From Candidatus Binatia bacterium (GTDB lineage Bacteria > Desulfobacterota > Binatia > Bin18), in contig CAXXHG010000010.1 of NCBI GenBank assembly GCA_963666315.2, positions 32,001 through 96,000 of the forward strand: 64,000 nucleotides of DNA, in the 5' to 3' direction. Shown piece by piece: positions 31,608 to 40,340 of the stretch; the first letter of the stretch is position 1; every line of letters starts with the position of its first letter. The notes beneath the pieces were generated by a model. The model did no database searches and was not told where the DNA came from. It saw only the letters and a list, made by a program, of their open reading frames with translations. The position numbers and the translations under genes are program-made.

Positions 31608-32500
31608 GGCGTGTTCCGCTCACTCTCCGCTTCAGCCAGAACTGACCGCGCCTCTTGCGGTTCAAACGAATACTGCTCCGCACAGAATTCACACGCCACG
31701 GAAATGTCGCCTTCCTTCTCAAGTAGCTCTTCAACCTCTTGCAAGCCTAGGGTGACAATAATGCCCTGGACGCGCTCACGCGAGCAGCGACATGCAAACC
31801 GGACCGGCATTTCGTCCACGCAGTGTGGATCAAATTCCTCAAGAACGTGGCTGAGTATTTGCCACGGGGTCCATCCGTCACGAACCATCTGGCTCACAGG
31901 GCTCGTATTCGCAACAGCTTCTTCAATGCGAGCCAGCGTGGCATCATCCGCATCGGGCATGGCCTGGATAATGAAGCCGCCGGCGGCGCTGACGGTTTCA
32001 TTCGGCTGGACGAACACGCCTAAACTGACGGCCGAAGGCAGCTGCTCAGAGGTCAGTAGATAGTGGGCAATATCCTGCCCAATTTCTCCCGAGACGATGG
32101 GTAACACCGTGCGATAAGGCTCTTTATCCCAGCGTTGCCTGCGTATCACGGCCATCGTGCCTTGCCCCACAAGACCACCAACGTCAAGCTTGCCATTCCG
32201 AACCGGAAGATGCGCGCGCGGCCGGTAGACAAATCCACGCACCTCGCCTTGCGCATTCGCGTCTATCACTAGCCCTCGCAACGGTCCATTACCCATAAAC
32301 TGGATGGACAGTTGTCCATCTTCCTTCATCAGACTCCCCAGCAGGAGCCCGGCGGTCATCGTCCGTCCCAGTGCTGCGGTCGCCGTAGGGGCGGTATGGT
32401 GACGTACGCGCGCTTCGTCGGCCACGCCGGTCGTTACCACAGCCAGCGCGCGGACCGTGTTTCCGGCCGCAGTCGCCTTTACGAGGGCGTCAGACGGCAT
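31604..32500 (-). CDS. hslO: Redox-regulated chaperone Hsp33
   Basis: ALGRTMTA, GNGPL, YLLTSEQLPS, AGGFIIQAMP, CRCS...CEFC zinc motif; likely start at 32500 or 32515. Confidence 0.95.
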   Translation of the reverse strand: MPSDALVKATAAGNTVRALAVVTTGVADEARVRHHTAPTATAALGRTMTAGLLLGSLMKEDGQLSIQFMGNGPLRGLVIDANAQGEVRGFVYRPRAHLPVRNGKLDVGGLVGQGTMAVIRRQRWDKEPYRTVLPIVSGEIGQDIAHYLLTSEQLPSAVSLGVFVQPNETVSAAGGFIIQAMPDADDATLARIEEAVANTSPVSQMVRDGWTPWQILSHVLEEFDPHCVDEMPVRFACRCSRERVQGIIVTLGLQEVEELLEKEGDISVACEFCAEQYSFEPQEARSVLAEAESERNTP

Positions 32501-32525
32501 CTCAGACGTAATCATGGCGTGGGAA

Positions 32526-33761
32526 TTATGGCGAGGCACGCGTCTCAGCGATGCTCTTCTTTTGTGTAGCGGCAGGTCGCTTTCTCGAACCAAGGTTGAG
32601 AGGAACGGTTTCAACCACCTCAAGCCCATAGCCGGGCAAGCTGACTAAGCGACGAGAAGAATTGGTCAATAAGCGCATTTTCCGGACTCCTAAGTCACGC
32701 AAGATTTGCGCGCCGATTCCATAATCACGGAAATCGCGTAGCTGCGAGCCCGGGTTGGTACTCGTCTGAGCCGAGCCGTCGTCGGATCGTCTGCTGGCTC
32801 GGCTTGTGTCCCGGAAGAGCTGCTCCCCTTGTCCACTCTGTCGGAGGTAGAGAATTACGCCCCGGCCTTCAGCGGCGATCATCATCATGGATTGCTGTAG
32901 GAGCGCGCTCGTATTGCCGTATGTGTAGCCGAAGACATCCCCAGGCACATACTCAGCGTGGGGCCGGACGAGTACCGGCTCGTCCGGATTCATATCGCCT
33001 TTTACCAGGACAAAATGTTCGGCTTCGTCCACATCACTCGTGTAGACGTAGCCCGTAAAATCCCCACCGTATCGGGTCGGCAAACGCGCCTCGGCAACAC
33101 GATGTACCAGCGAATCATTCTGCAGTCGATAATGAACGAGGTCTGCGATGGTCGCAATTCTGATCCCATGCTCATCTGCAAATTCCTCTAAATCGGGCAG
33201 ACGAGCCATGGTTCCATCCTCGCGCATGATCTCGCAAATGATGCTGGACGGATCCAGTCCGGCCAGACGGGATAAATCAACCGACCCTTCGGTTTGCCCG
33301 GTGCGAACCAGCACTCCGCCACGCCGGGCGCGTAGCGGAAACACATGCCCAGGCACGACAAAGTCCTCGGGTCGGGCGTCATCTCGGGTGGCGGCCAAAA
33401 TGGTCCTCGCCCGATCTTCAGCAGAAATCCCACGTGTCACATCTTTTCGTGCATCAAAAGACACGGTAAACGCCGTCCCAAGTGGAGCCGTATTCTTGGC
33501 CACCATCATCGGTAGTCCCAGCGCGTCAATACGGTCTTCGGCCATGGGCATACAAATCAGTCCTCGCCCATATGTGGCCATGAAATTGATCGCCTCAGGC
33601 GTGGCCTTTTCGGCTGCCATGCAGAGATCACCCTCGTTCTCTCTGTCCTCATCGTCCATGAGAATAATCATCCGGCCAGCCCGAATTTCTTCAATCGCCT
33701 CTTTGATCGATGCGATATGACGGCTTTTATGGTCGGGGGCGCGCGAAGGTACGGTAAACAT
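32526..33761 (-). CDS. ribB: 3,4-dihydroxy-2-butanone-4-phosphate synthase fused to a degenerate GTP cyclohydrolase II domain (RibBX-like)
   Basis: DDEDRENEGD, TAFTVS, PGHVFPL, GQTEGSVDL, ICEI; the C-terminal domain has RDYGIGAQIL and RLLTN but lacks the zinc cysteines. Confidence 0.9.
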   Translation of the reverse strand: MFTVPSRAPDHKSRHIASIKEAIEEIRAGRMIILMDDEDRENEGDLCMAAEKATPEAINFMATYGRGLICMPMAEDRIDALGLPMMVAKNTAPLGTAFTVSFDARKDVTRGISAEDRARTILAATRDDARPEDFVVPGHVFPLRARRGGVLVRTGQTEGSVDLSRLAGLDPSSIICEIMREDGTMARLPDLEEFADEHGIRIATIADLVHYRLQNDSLVHRVAEARLPTRYGGDFTGYVYTSDVDEAEHFVLVKGDMNPDEPVLVRPHAEYVPGDVFGYTYGNTSALLQQSMMMIAAEGRGVILYLRQSGQGEQLFRDTSRASRRSDDGSAQTSTNPGSQLRDFRDYGIGAQILRDLGVRKMRLLTNSSRRLVSLPGYGLEVVETVPLNLGSRKRPAATQKKSIAETRASP

Positions 33762-33889
33762 GCTCTGCCTCTCTTTAAATACCTTTTGGTCCTCGTATAC
33801 GAGCATATAACTGGCACTCTGACAATCTGTAAAGTAGACCCTGCGGCTCATCTCCTTTTCTACAGCGAACGTTTCTTCCCGGTTAAGAC

Positions 33890-33918
33890 TTGACCACCTT
33901 ACCGAGGCCAGGTAAATA
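33890..33918 (+). promoter_or_regulatory. Possible sigma70 promoter of the hypothetical gene at 34036
   Basis: TTGACC-17 nt-TAAATA. Confidence 0.4.
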
Positions 33919-33945
33919 ACATATACGTACCGTCCGAAGTGGCAG

Positions 33946-34017
33946 GTAGCTCAGTCCTGTAAAACCGGGTTCTGGAACACAACAGGAAAGGGGAAACGCG
34001 CTTCCAGAAAAGGCTAC
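33946..34017 (+). ncRNA. Candidate structured 5'-leader RNA with pseudoknot (family unassigned)
   Basis: Pairings GTAGCT/GGCTAC, TTCTGGAA/TTCCAGAA and crossing TCCTGT/ACAGGA, ending just before the AAGGAG SD. Confidence 0.4.
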
Positions 34018-34035
34018 GTAATAAGGAGAAGGCTT

Positions 34036-34449
34036 ATGCCACATGTGACGATCCAAGGGACAATTGATTTACGTCAAATCATTATTCGTCGGCCGGAGAT
34101 GTTCCTCCGCGATCCGGATGGGATCAAACGCGTCAGCGAATATTACATCAATACCGAGTGCACCAAACTATTGCTTGAAGCGCTGGTCATCGAACCGGGC
34201 AAAAAACAACAGTTTTTCTTACAGGTATGCAAAAAAGCGAATGGCGCGATGGTGCGCCTTGAACCGATCTGTCAGGTTGAAAAGACGGTGGGGGTCAAGC
34301 GCCTGATGGGACAAGTCGCGTTTGCTATTCGCTCTTTGTTCCCAGGTTCGCGCTACGCAAAGACCAACATTGCAGAGCATCTGCCCGATAATGGTGGGGT
34401 AACAAATTCCTCACGCGGAGGCGGCAAGAAACTGCGCGCCGTGGCGTAA
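34036..34449 (+). CDS. Hypothetical protein (137 aa)
   Basis: Strong SD TAAGGAG and a protein-like sequence; no motif recognised. Confidence 0.75.
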   Translation: MPHVTIQGTIDLRQIIIRRPEMFLRDPDGIKRVSEYYINTECTKLLLEALVIEPGKKQQFFLQVCKKANGAMVRLEPICQVEKTVGVKRLMGQVAFAIRSLFPGSRYAKTNIAEHLPDNGGVTNSSRGGGKKLRAVA

Positions 34450-34758
34450 GCCTTCAACTCAGCGGCTAAAAAAAGAGGGCATTCGGGTAGGACCATATCG
34501 GTCTGCAGTTTGTCCCTGTACGGAACATTCCCCTTCTACCAACCTGAGTCCGCCACTGGGACGTCGTGCGTCTCGCCGTAGACGTCGGCCTCATACTGGA
34601 GCCAGTCCGCAGTGGCGCGTACGGTACGCCCACCGTCCACTACCCACCAGTACATTCCACATCCTCCGATAAGAAATCCGCACAAAAAAGAGCGAAGCCG
34701 TTTTTTCCGCCTATCGTTTCTCTCTATCGGAAAAAACAGGCCAGTCTATATCACCCAC

Positions 34759-35736
34759 CTACGAGAAGGCGAGTTGTCCACGTCCCCACGCCGCCAACGC
34801 TAGGCCCAGCTTGCACGGCGTCGTCAGTGTGACCCGTTGCTGAAAGACATTAAATTTCTGTATTTCAATTTTTTTGAGCAGCCGGCGGTAAATAAGGCGC
34901 ATTGCTTCAGCAGCAACAAGGGAGCGGCGATCTTGCGGAGCTAAGAGGCTCACCGCCCGACGGTAGTAATCCTGGGCCCGTTCCGCTTCGAATGTCATCA
35001 GTCTCAAGAAGGCCTCATTATATACACCGTCCAAGAGCTCTTGTTCCGAGTATCGGAACCGGGCGAGGTCTTCGAGCGGTAAATAGATCCGAGCGCGTTG
35101 CGCGTCCTCGCCAACATCTCGAAGGATATTCGTCAGCTGGAAAGCAACACCGAGAGTGATTGCATACTCCCGCGTTTGCAGTGCCTCGTAACCAAAAATC
35201 TCTATGCACACCAAGCCGACTAAAGAGGCCACACGATAGCAGTACTCGTACAACTCGGAGAACGTTTGGTAGCGCGTACGACTCAGGTCCATTTCAACGC
35301 CGTCGATGATACCTGAAAGGTCTTCCTGTCGAATGGGAAAACGTCGCACAGTATCCGCTAGCGCCTGGGAAATGGGATGACGTGGCTGAGCCGTATAACA
35401 CCGATCAAGTTCTTCTCGCCAGGTGTTGAGTAATTGAGCAATCCGCTCTTTTTGTCCGTGAGGCTGCCTTTCGTCCGGCTGATCAGCTATGTCGTCAACA
35501 TATCGACAAAAAGCGTAGAAGGCGCACAGTGCATCATGACGGTCCCAAGGAAGCAGCCGGAAGGCGTAATAGAAATTTGAGGAGCTGCGCTGGGTAATCC
35601 GACGACAGTAGGCATAGGCCTCAGCAAGCGAAAGGGCTTCCGCAACAGACAAGAGCGCTTCCCCAGTAGGCGAACGTGCTTCCCCAGTAGGCGAAGCTAC
35701 AAACTGTGCTTGTTGGGCCCCCTTCTCTCCGCTCAC
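34759..35736 (-). CDS. hpnD: Presqualene diphosphate synthase HpnD / phytoene-squalene synthase family
   Basis: SSSNFYYAF, FCRYVDDIAD, GVEMDL, YCYRVASLVG, QLTNILRDVGEDA..RIYLP. Confidence 0.85.
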   Translation of the reverse strand: MSGEKGAQQAQFVASPTGEARSPTGEALLSVAEALSLAEAYAYCRRITQRSSSNFYYAFRLLPWDRHDALCAFYAFCRYVDDIADQPDERQPHGQKERIAQLLNTWREELDRCYTAQPRHPISQALADTVRRFPIRQEDLSGIIDGVEMDLSRTRYQTFSELYEYCYRVASLVGLVCIEIFGYEALQTREYAITLGVAFQLTNILRDVGEDAQRARIYLPLEDLARFRYSEQELLDGVYNEAFLRLMTFEAERAQDYYRRAVSLLAPQDRRSLVAAEAMRLIYRRLLKKIEIQKFNVFQQRVTLTTPCKLGLALAAWGRGQLAFS

Positions 35737-35792
35737 CCGGTCACCCCATCTTCAGACTGTGCTCCCACTTCCACTGCGCTACCGCCTTCACT

Positions 35793-36968
35793 CTAGGCCG
35801 CTACGTTCTGTCCGGCACTCCCTGCGGCTGCCTTCGCCTGTCCCCGTGCCCACTGGTCAGCCTCAAGGACGCTCTCCAGATCCGTCACCGGCTGATGTTC
35901 GTGAGCCTCGAGAACCCGCTCGTTCACCCCAGCTATGTCCAAAAAAGTAATCTGCCCGGACAGAAAGAGGGCCACGGACACTTCATTCGCCGCATTGAGT
36001 ACGGCGGGACACGTTCCCCCCTGTTGTAATGCCGTATAGGCGAGCCTCAGACAAGGAAATTTCTCAAAATCAGGTTCGCAAAACTCAAGGTGGGCGGCCT
36101 CAACAAGATTGAGTGAGGGCAAGTGATCCAGCGACAACCGATCCGGGTAGGCAAGAATGTATGAAATCGGGATTTTCATGTCCGGAATCCCCAGTTGGGC
36201 CAGGACCGATCCATCAATATACTCGACCATCGAGTGGACAATACTTTGCGGATGAACAATGACAGAGATCTGATCAGGCTGGAGGCCGAAGAGCCAGCGC
36301 GCCTCAATAACCTCCAGCCCTTTATTCATGAGGGTTGCCGAGTCTATGGTAATCTTATTGCCCATCTTCCAAGTCGGATGCTGGAGTGCCTCTTCCACGC
36401 TGACCGTTTTCAGCTCTTCGGCCGGACGATGAAGAAACGGCCCGCCCGACGCGGTCAACAGGATGCGCTTGACTTGCTCGCGCTTATGCCCCTGTAATAC
36501 CTGAAAAATCGCGTTATGCTCGCTATCTACGGGGAGGAGCTGAACCCCGTACTGCGCCGCCTCTCTCGTCATCAGCTCTCCGGAGACGACCAGAGCCTCT
36601 TTATTTGCTAACGCAATATCCTTCCCAGCCCGGATTGCAGCGAATGTCGGCGGCAGTCCGATTGCTCCGACAAGGGCGGCCATGACCATATCCGCCTCGG
36701 CATGCGTAGCAGTCGCAATCAAGCCCGCCTCCCCCCACACAATCTCCCCACGGAACTCAGGCAGATCGTCCCGCAACCGGGTTGCATCCGCTTCTTGAGC
36801 CACAGAAACAAGCAAAGGCTGGAAGACCCGAATTTGTTCAGTCAGTTTGGCCAAATTTCTTCCTGCTGCCAGGGCAACGACCCGAAATCGGTCAGGAAAA
36901 CGGCCGACGATGTCAAGGGTTGAGACCCCGATAGAACCGGTCGATCCAAGAATAGCCAGCTTTTTCAT
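35793..36968 (-). CDS. dxr: 1-deoxy-D-xylulose-5-phosphate reductoisomerase
   Basis: LGSTGSIG, LANKE, PVDSEH, TASGGPF, HPTWKMGNKITIDSATLMNKGLEVIEA. Confidence 0.98.
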   Translation of the reverse strand: MKKLAILGSTGSIGVSTLDIVGRFPDRFRVVALAAGRNLAKLTEQIRVFQPLLVSVAQEADATRLRDDLPEFRGEIVWGEAGLIATATHAEADMVMAALVGAIGLPPTFAAIRAGKDIALANKEALVVSGELMTREAAQYGVQLLPVDSEHNAIFQVLQGHKREQVKRILLTASGGPFLHRPAEELKTVSVEEALQHPTWKMGNKITIDSATLMNKGLEVIEARWLFGLQPDQISVIVHPQSIVHSMVEYIDGSVLAQLGIPDMKIPISYILAYPDRLSLDHLPSLNLVEAAHLEFCEPDFEKFPCLRLAYTALQQGGTCPAVLNAANEVSVALFLSGQITFLDIAGVNERVLEAHEHQPVTDLESVLEADQWARGQAKAAAGSAGQNVAA

Positions 36969-37362
36969 CTTACACCCCTAGGTCGTTATACGCGCGCGGC
37001 CCCTTTATACTGCCACAGCTTGCATACTGCCACGGCTTGATCCACCCACTTCTCAGAGCGGCGGCCTCTTCCCTGGACTGCATTCGTACCGAACAAAGTC
37101 GGGGGCCGTCAAGCTCGGCTAAGCCTGGTGGCCAAAACCGTCTTGCCAACTCGGAGCATGTCCGCGTCCCTCAATCCGCATTATCAGCCCCTCACTCTAC
37201 CAGACATGTATGCAGATAGGTATCAAAGAGAATTTTTATCGGATACTTCCTCTTGTTTGATTTCCCCTCGCCGGAAACTCTGGTACCGTAGCCCATAAGC
37301 GCCTGTGCGTAGCCCATGGCCGTCTACGTGTGGCCCATGAGCGCTTCGAAGGATGAATCATT

Positions 37363-38643
37363 ATGGGACGGAAATACTCGTACACCTTTACCCTGCTCGC
37401 CTCCTGCCTGCTCCTCTTACCTTCCCTTCCGGTGTCTGCTGAACCCACGACCGGTCGTATTGCGTTTATTGATCGTGCCGGCGATCTCTATACCATACAC
37501 CCGAATGGCAGCAATCGGCGCAAGCTGGCTTCCGGAGAAATGCTTCAACAAGTCGCATTCTCTCTCCAGCCGGTGCAACAGGCACGTGACTTCTATAGTT
37601 GGCCGGCCTGGTCTCCAGACGGCCAGCGACTCGCCAGCTTTCGTTTCGAAATCAGCAATGGCCAACCAACAGACGGCTTATACATCTTCGATGTTCCGAC
37701 TTCCCGCGTTTTGCACGTCTATAAGGAATCCGGTCTCCAACCCATCTATGCCTATTGGGCTCCCAATAGCCGCCAACTCGGCCTTCTGTTCGGCGGGCGT
37801 GCGCTTTCCCTGGGTCTTTGGCCGACATCGGGCGGCCGGCGTCCGCAAACAGTCGCTCGTGGTGCGCCCCTTTATTTTAACTGGAGGTCTGACGGAAAGG
37901 CCGTTCTGGTCCATGCCGGGGGGGATCGTGAGAGCGAATCCGGTCATTCGGTCAGTGTGCTCAATATTGAAAGCGGGGAAAGACAGCTGCTATCAGGCTC
38001 TCCGTCTGCATTTGGACCCTCATCGTGGTCCTTTAACGGACGCTGGTTGGCGTATAGCAGCCAAAAAAAGGGCGAGGAAAAACCGTCACTTATGATCGCT
38101 GCAGGCGACGGCAGCCAACCCGAGTCGGTTGCCTTCGTACCTGACCGTATTGCCCTCGCATGGTCTCCCGCCCAACCGCTTTTGGCTATTGCGACTACAT
38201 CTTTTGTTGGGGACCCCTTGTTTGAAGAGATCCGGCTGTTTGATGTAGCATCCGGCTCAATGCGCACGCTTATCAAAGATGATTTTGCGGCCTTCTTCTG
38301 GTCTCCGGACGGGACGCGAATTTTGTACGCAAAACGGAACCTAGACCGTGCACATTGGGCATGGGCCGTGGTTGAGCTGAGCGACGCAAAACCCATTGAG
38401 GTGACGAACTTTACCCCGTCTCGCCCACAGACCTTGGTCTTTCAGTATTTTGACCAGTACGCGCTTTCACACCGTTTATGGTCTCCAGACAGCCGGCATT
38501 TTACCTTCAGCGGCAATGCCGGCCCACAGCCAGGAGCTGCTCGGGGATTTGGCTCCCCAGCAGTGTATGTCATTCAAGCGGTCGAGGGGGCTAGCGCTCA
38601 GCAGCTTTCGGATGGCCATATAGCCTTCTGGTCTCCACAATAA
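37363..38643 (+). CDS. Secreted TolB-like/PD40 beta-propeller protein
   Basis: Signal peptide and repeated WSPDG/WAPNS/WSPDS motifs. Confidence 0.8.
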   Translation: MGRKYSYTFTLLASCLLLLPSLPVSAEPTTGRIAFIDRAGDLYTIHPNGSNRRKLASGEMLQQVAFSLQPVQQARDFYSWPAWSPDGQRLASFRFEISNGQPTDGLYIFDVPTSRVLHVYKESGLQPIYAYWAPNSRQLGLLFGGRALSLGLWPTSGGRRPQTVARGAPLYFNWRSDGKAVLVHAGGDRESESGHSVSVLNIESGERQLLSGSPSAFGPSSWSFNGRWLAYSSQKKGEEKPSLMIAAGDGSQPESVAFVPDRIALAWSPAQPLLAIATTSFVGDPLFEEIRLFDVASGSMRTLIKDDFAAFFWSPDGTRILYAKRNLDRAHWAWAVVELSDAKPIEVTNFTPSRPQTLVFQYFDQYALSHRLWSPDSRHFTFSGNAGPQPGAARGFGSPAVYVIQAVEGASAQQLSDGHIAFWSPQ

Positions 38644-38817
38644 AGAACTTCTTCAATGAATTTGCTCAAATAATATGCTCCTGCCGCCATTCTCCCTCGG
38701 GCAGTTTTTCACCAGTCTGCTGACGAAAACCTAGGCGTTGCCTAAAATCTAACCAGCACAAAATCATTTTTGAGCTGTATATCAGCAATGAGCCTAGGGA
38801 ATTGCAAAATCCTTGAA

Positions 38818-38832
38818 CGGCATCTTTTTTGC
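38818..38832 (+). promoter_or_regulatory. Sigma54 promoter upstream of amtB, with NtrC-like sites further upstream (~38660-38780)
   Basis: CGG-CATCTTTTTT-GC (GG-N10-GC); degenerate TGC-A/T-rich boxes upstream. Confidence 0.6.
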
Positions 38833-38928
38833 CTATAGGTATGAATACCCTCACCATTACGTTGCCAATACGGGGCAATCGGCAACGGACAGTCGTACTG
38901 TCTCAGCGTGAGGAAGGAGGGATATACA

Positions 38929-40245
38929 ATGAAAAATTTGCTGCAGGCGTCAAGGTACGCCTTACTTGGACTGGGAGCACTCGCGCTCAATCTGCTCGCC
39001 ATGGCAACATCAGCCTGGGCAGAAGAAGCGGCAGCACTCGACAGCGGGGATACCGCCTGGATGCTCACCGCCACAGCGCTGGTGCTCTTCATGACCCTGC
39101 CCGGCCTGGCGTTATTCTATGGCGGTCTGGTCAGGACAAAAAACGTCCTGTCCGTCCTCGGCCAATGTTTTGCAATGGCCGGCGTTATGACCCTGCTCTG
39201 GATCATCTACGGCTATAGCTATGCCGCCACCGAGGGTGGCGCAATAATAGGAAACGCCTCCAAGCTCTTCCTCAAAGATCTGACTGTTGGCGCCCTCAGA
39301 GGCACCATACCCGAGTCGGTCTTCCTAACCTTCCAGATGACCTTTGCGATCATCACCCCGGCGCTCATCGTCGGCGCCTTTGCCGAGCGTATGAAGTTCA
39401 GCGCCATGTTGATCTTCATGATCATCTGGTTCACCTTCAGCTATGTACCGATCTGGCACATGGCCTGGGGCGGCGGCCTTTTCGCCGGCTGGGGAGTACT
39501 GGATTTTGCCGGGGGTACCGTTGTGCATATCAATGCCGGTATCGCCGCGCTGGTTATCTGCGTGATGATCGGCGCGCGCAAAGGTTACGCGGCAGAGCCC
39601 ATGAGACCCCACAGCCTCGTCCTAACCGTCGTCGGAGCCAGCATGCTTTGGGTTGGCTGGTTCGGCTTCAACGCCGGTAGCCAGCTCGCCGCAGACGGCA
39701 CCGCCGGCATGGCCCTGCTCGTCACTCAGATCTCCACCGCCACAGCTGTAGTTGTCTGGATGCTCATCGAGTGGTTAGGGCATGGCAAGCCGAGCATTCT
39801 CGGCATGGCCACCGCCGCGGTTGCGGGACTGGTCGCTATCACGCCGGCCAGCGGCACAGCGGGCCCCATGGGCGCGATGCTGATCGGCACCGCCTCAGCC
39901 GTCCTGTGCTACCTGGCTACCGCCAAGCTGAAGCAGAAGTTCAGCTATGATGACAGCCTCGACGTCTTCGGCGTGCACGGCATCGGAGGAATCGTCGGAT
40001 CGATTCTCACCGGTCTGTGCGCAGCCGAATTTATGGGCGGCGCGGGTTTCGAAGCTACCTCTGCTACGGCCCAGGTAATCCAGCAGGTAAAGAGCGTCGT
40101 CGTTACCGTCCTCTTGAGTGGCGGCGTCTCTGTTATAGCCTATATGATCGCTAACGCCCTCACTGGAGGCGCGCGCATCAGCGAAGAGGGTGAGCAGATG
40201 GGCCTCGACCTTGCTGACCACGACGAGAGCGGCTATATCTCCTGA
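38929..40245 (+). CDS. amtB: Ammonium transporter
   Basis: GDTAW, FQMTFAIITPAL, AERM, DFAGGTVVHINAG, GWFGFNAGS, DDSLDVFGVHG. Confidence 0.98.
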   Translation: MKNLLQASRYALLGLGALALNLLAMATSAWAEEAAALDSGDTAWMLTATALVLFMTLPGLALFYGGLVRTKNVLSVLGQCFAMAGVMTLLWIIYGYSYAATEGGAIIGNASKLFLKDLTVGALRGTIPESVFLTFQMTFAIITPALIVGAFAERMKFSAMLIFMIIWFTFSYVPIWHMAWGGGLFAGWGVLDFAGGTVVHINAGIAALVICVMIGARKGYAAEPMRPHSLVLTVVGASMLWVGWFGFNAGSQLAADGTAGMALLVTQISTATAVVVWMLIEWLGHGKPSILGMATAAVAGLVAITPASGTAGPMGAMLIGTASAVLCYLATAKLKQKFSYDDSLDVFGVHGIGGIVGSILTGLCAAEFMGGAGFEATSATAQVIQQVKSVVVTVLLSGGVSVIAYMIANALTGGARISEEGEQMGLDLADHDESGYIS

Positions 40246-40340
40246 GACGGCTGACGGCGTCTAGAGCTATATCCCTTTAGACAAGGACGGGTCCAAAGCT
40301 CGCCCGTGTTTCTTTGAGACACAATCTATCCGCCGACAAA

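Noticed and set aside
33770-34030. FMN riboswitch upstream of ribB
   Set aside because: The conserved AGGGC...GAAATTCCCGACCG core is absent on the ribB strand.
37280-37345. Possible mini-CRISPR from the repeated GTAGCCCAT
   Set aside because: The repeats are only ~9 bp with ~12-bp spacers and there are no cas genes; no CRISPR array was seen anywhere in the window.
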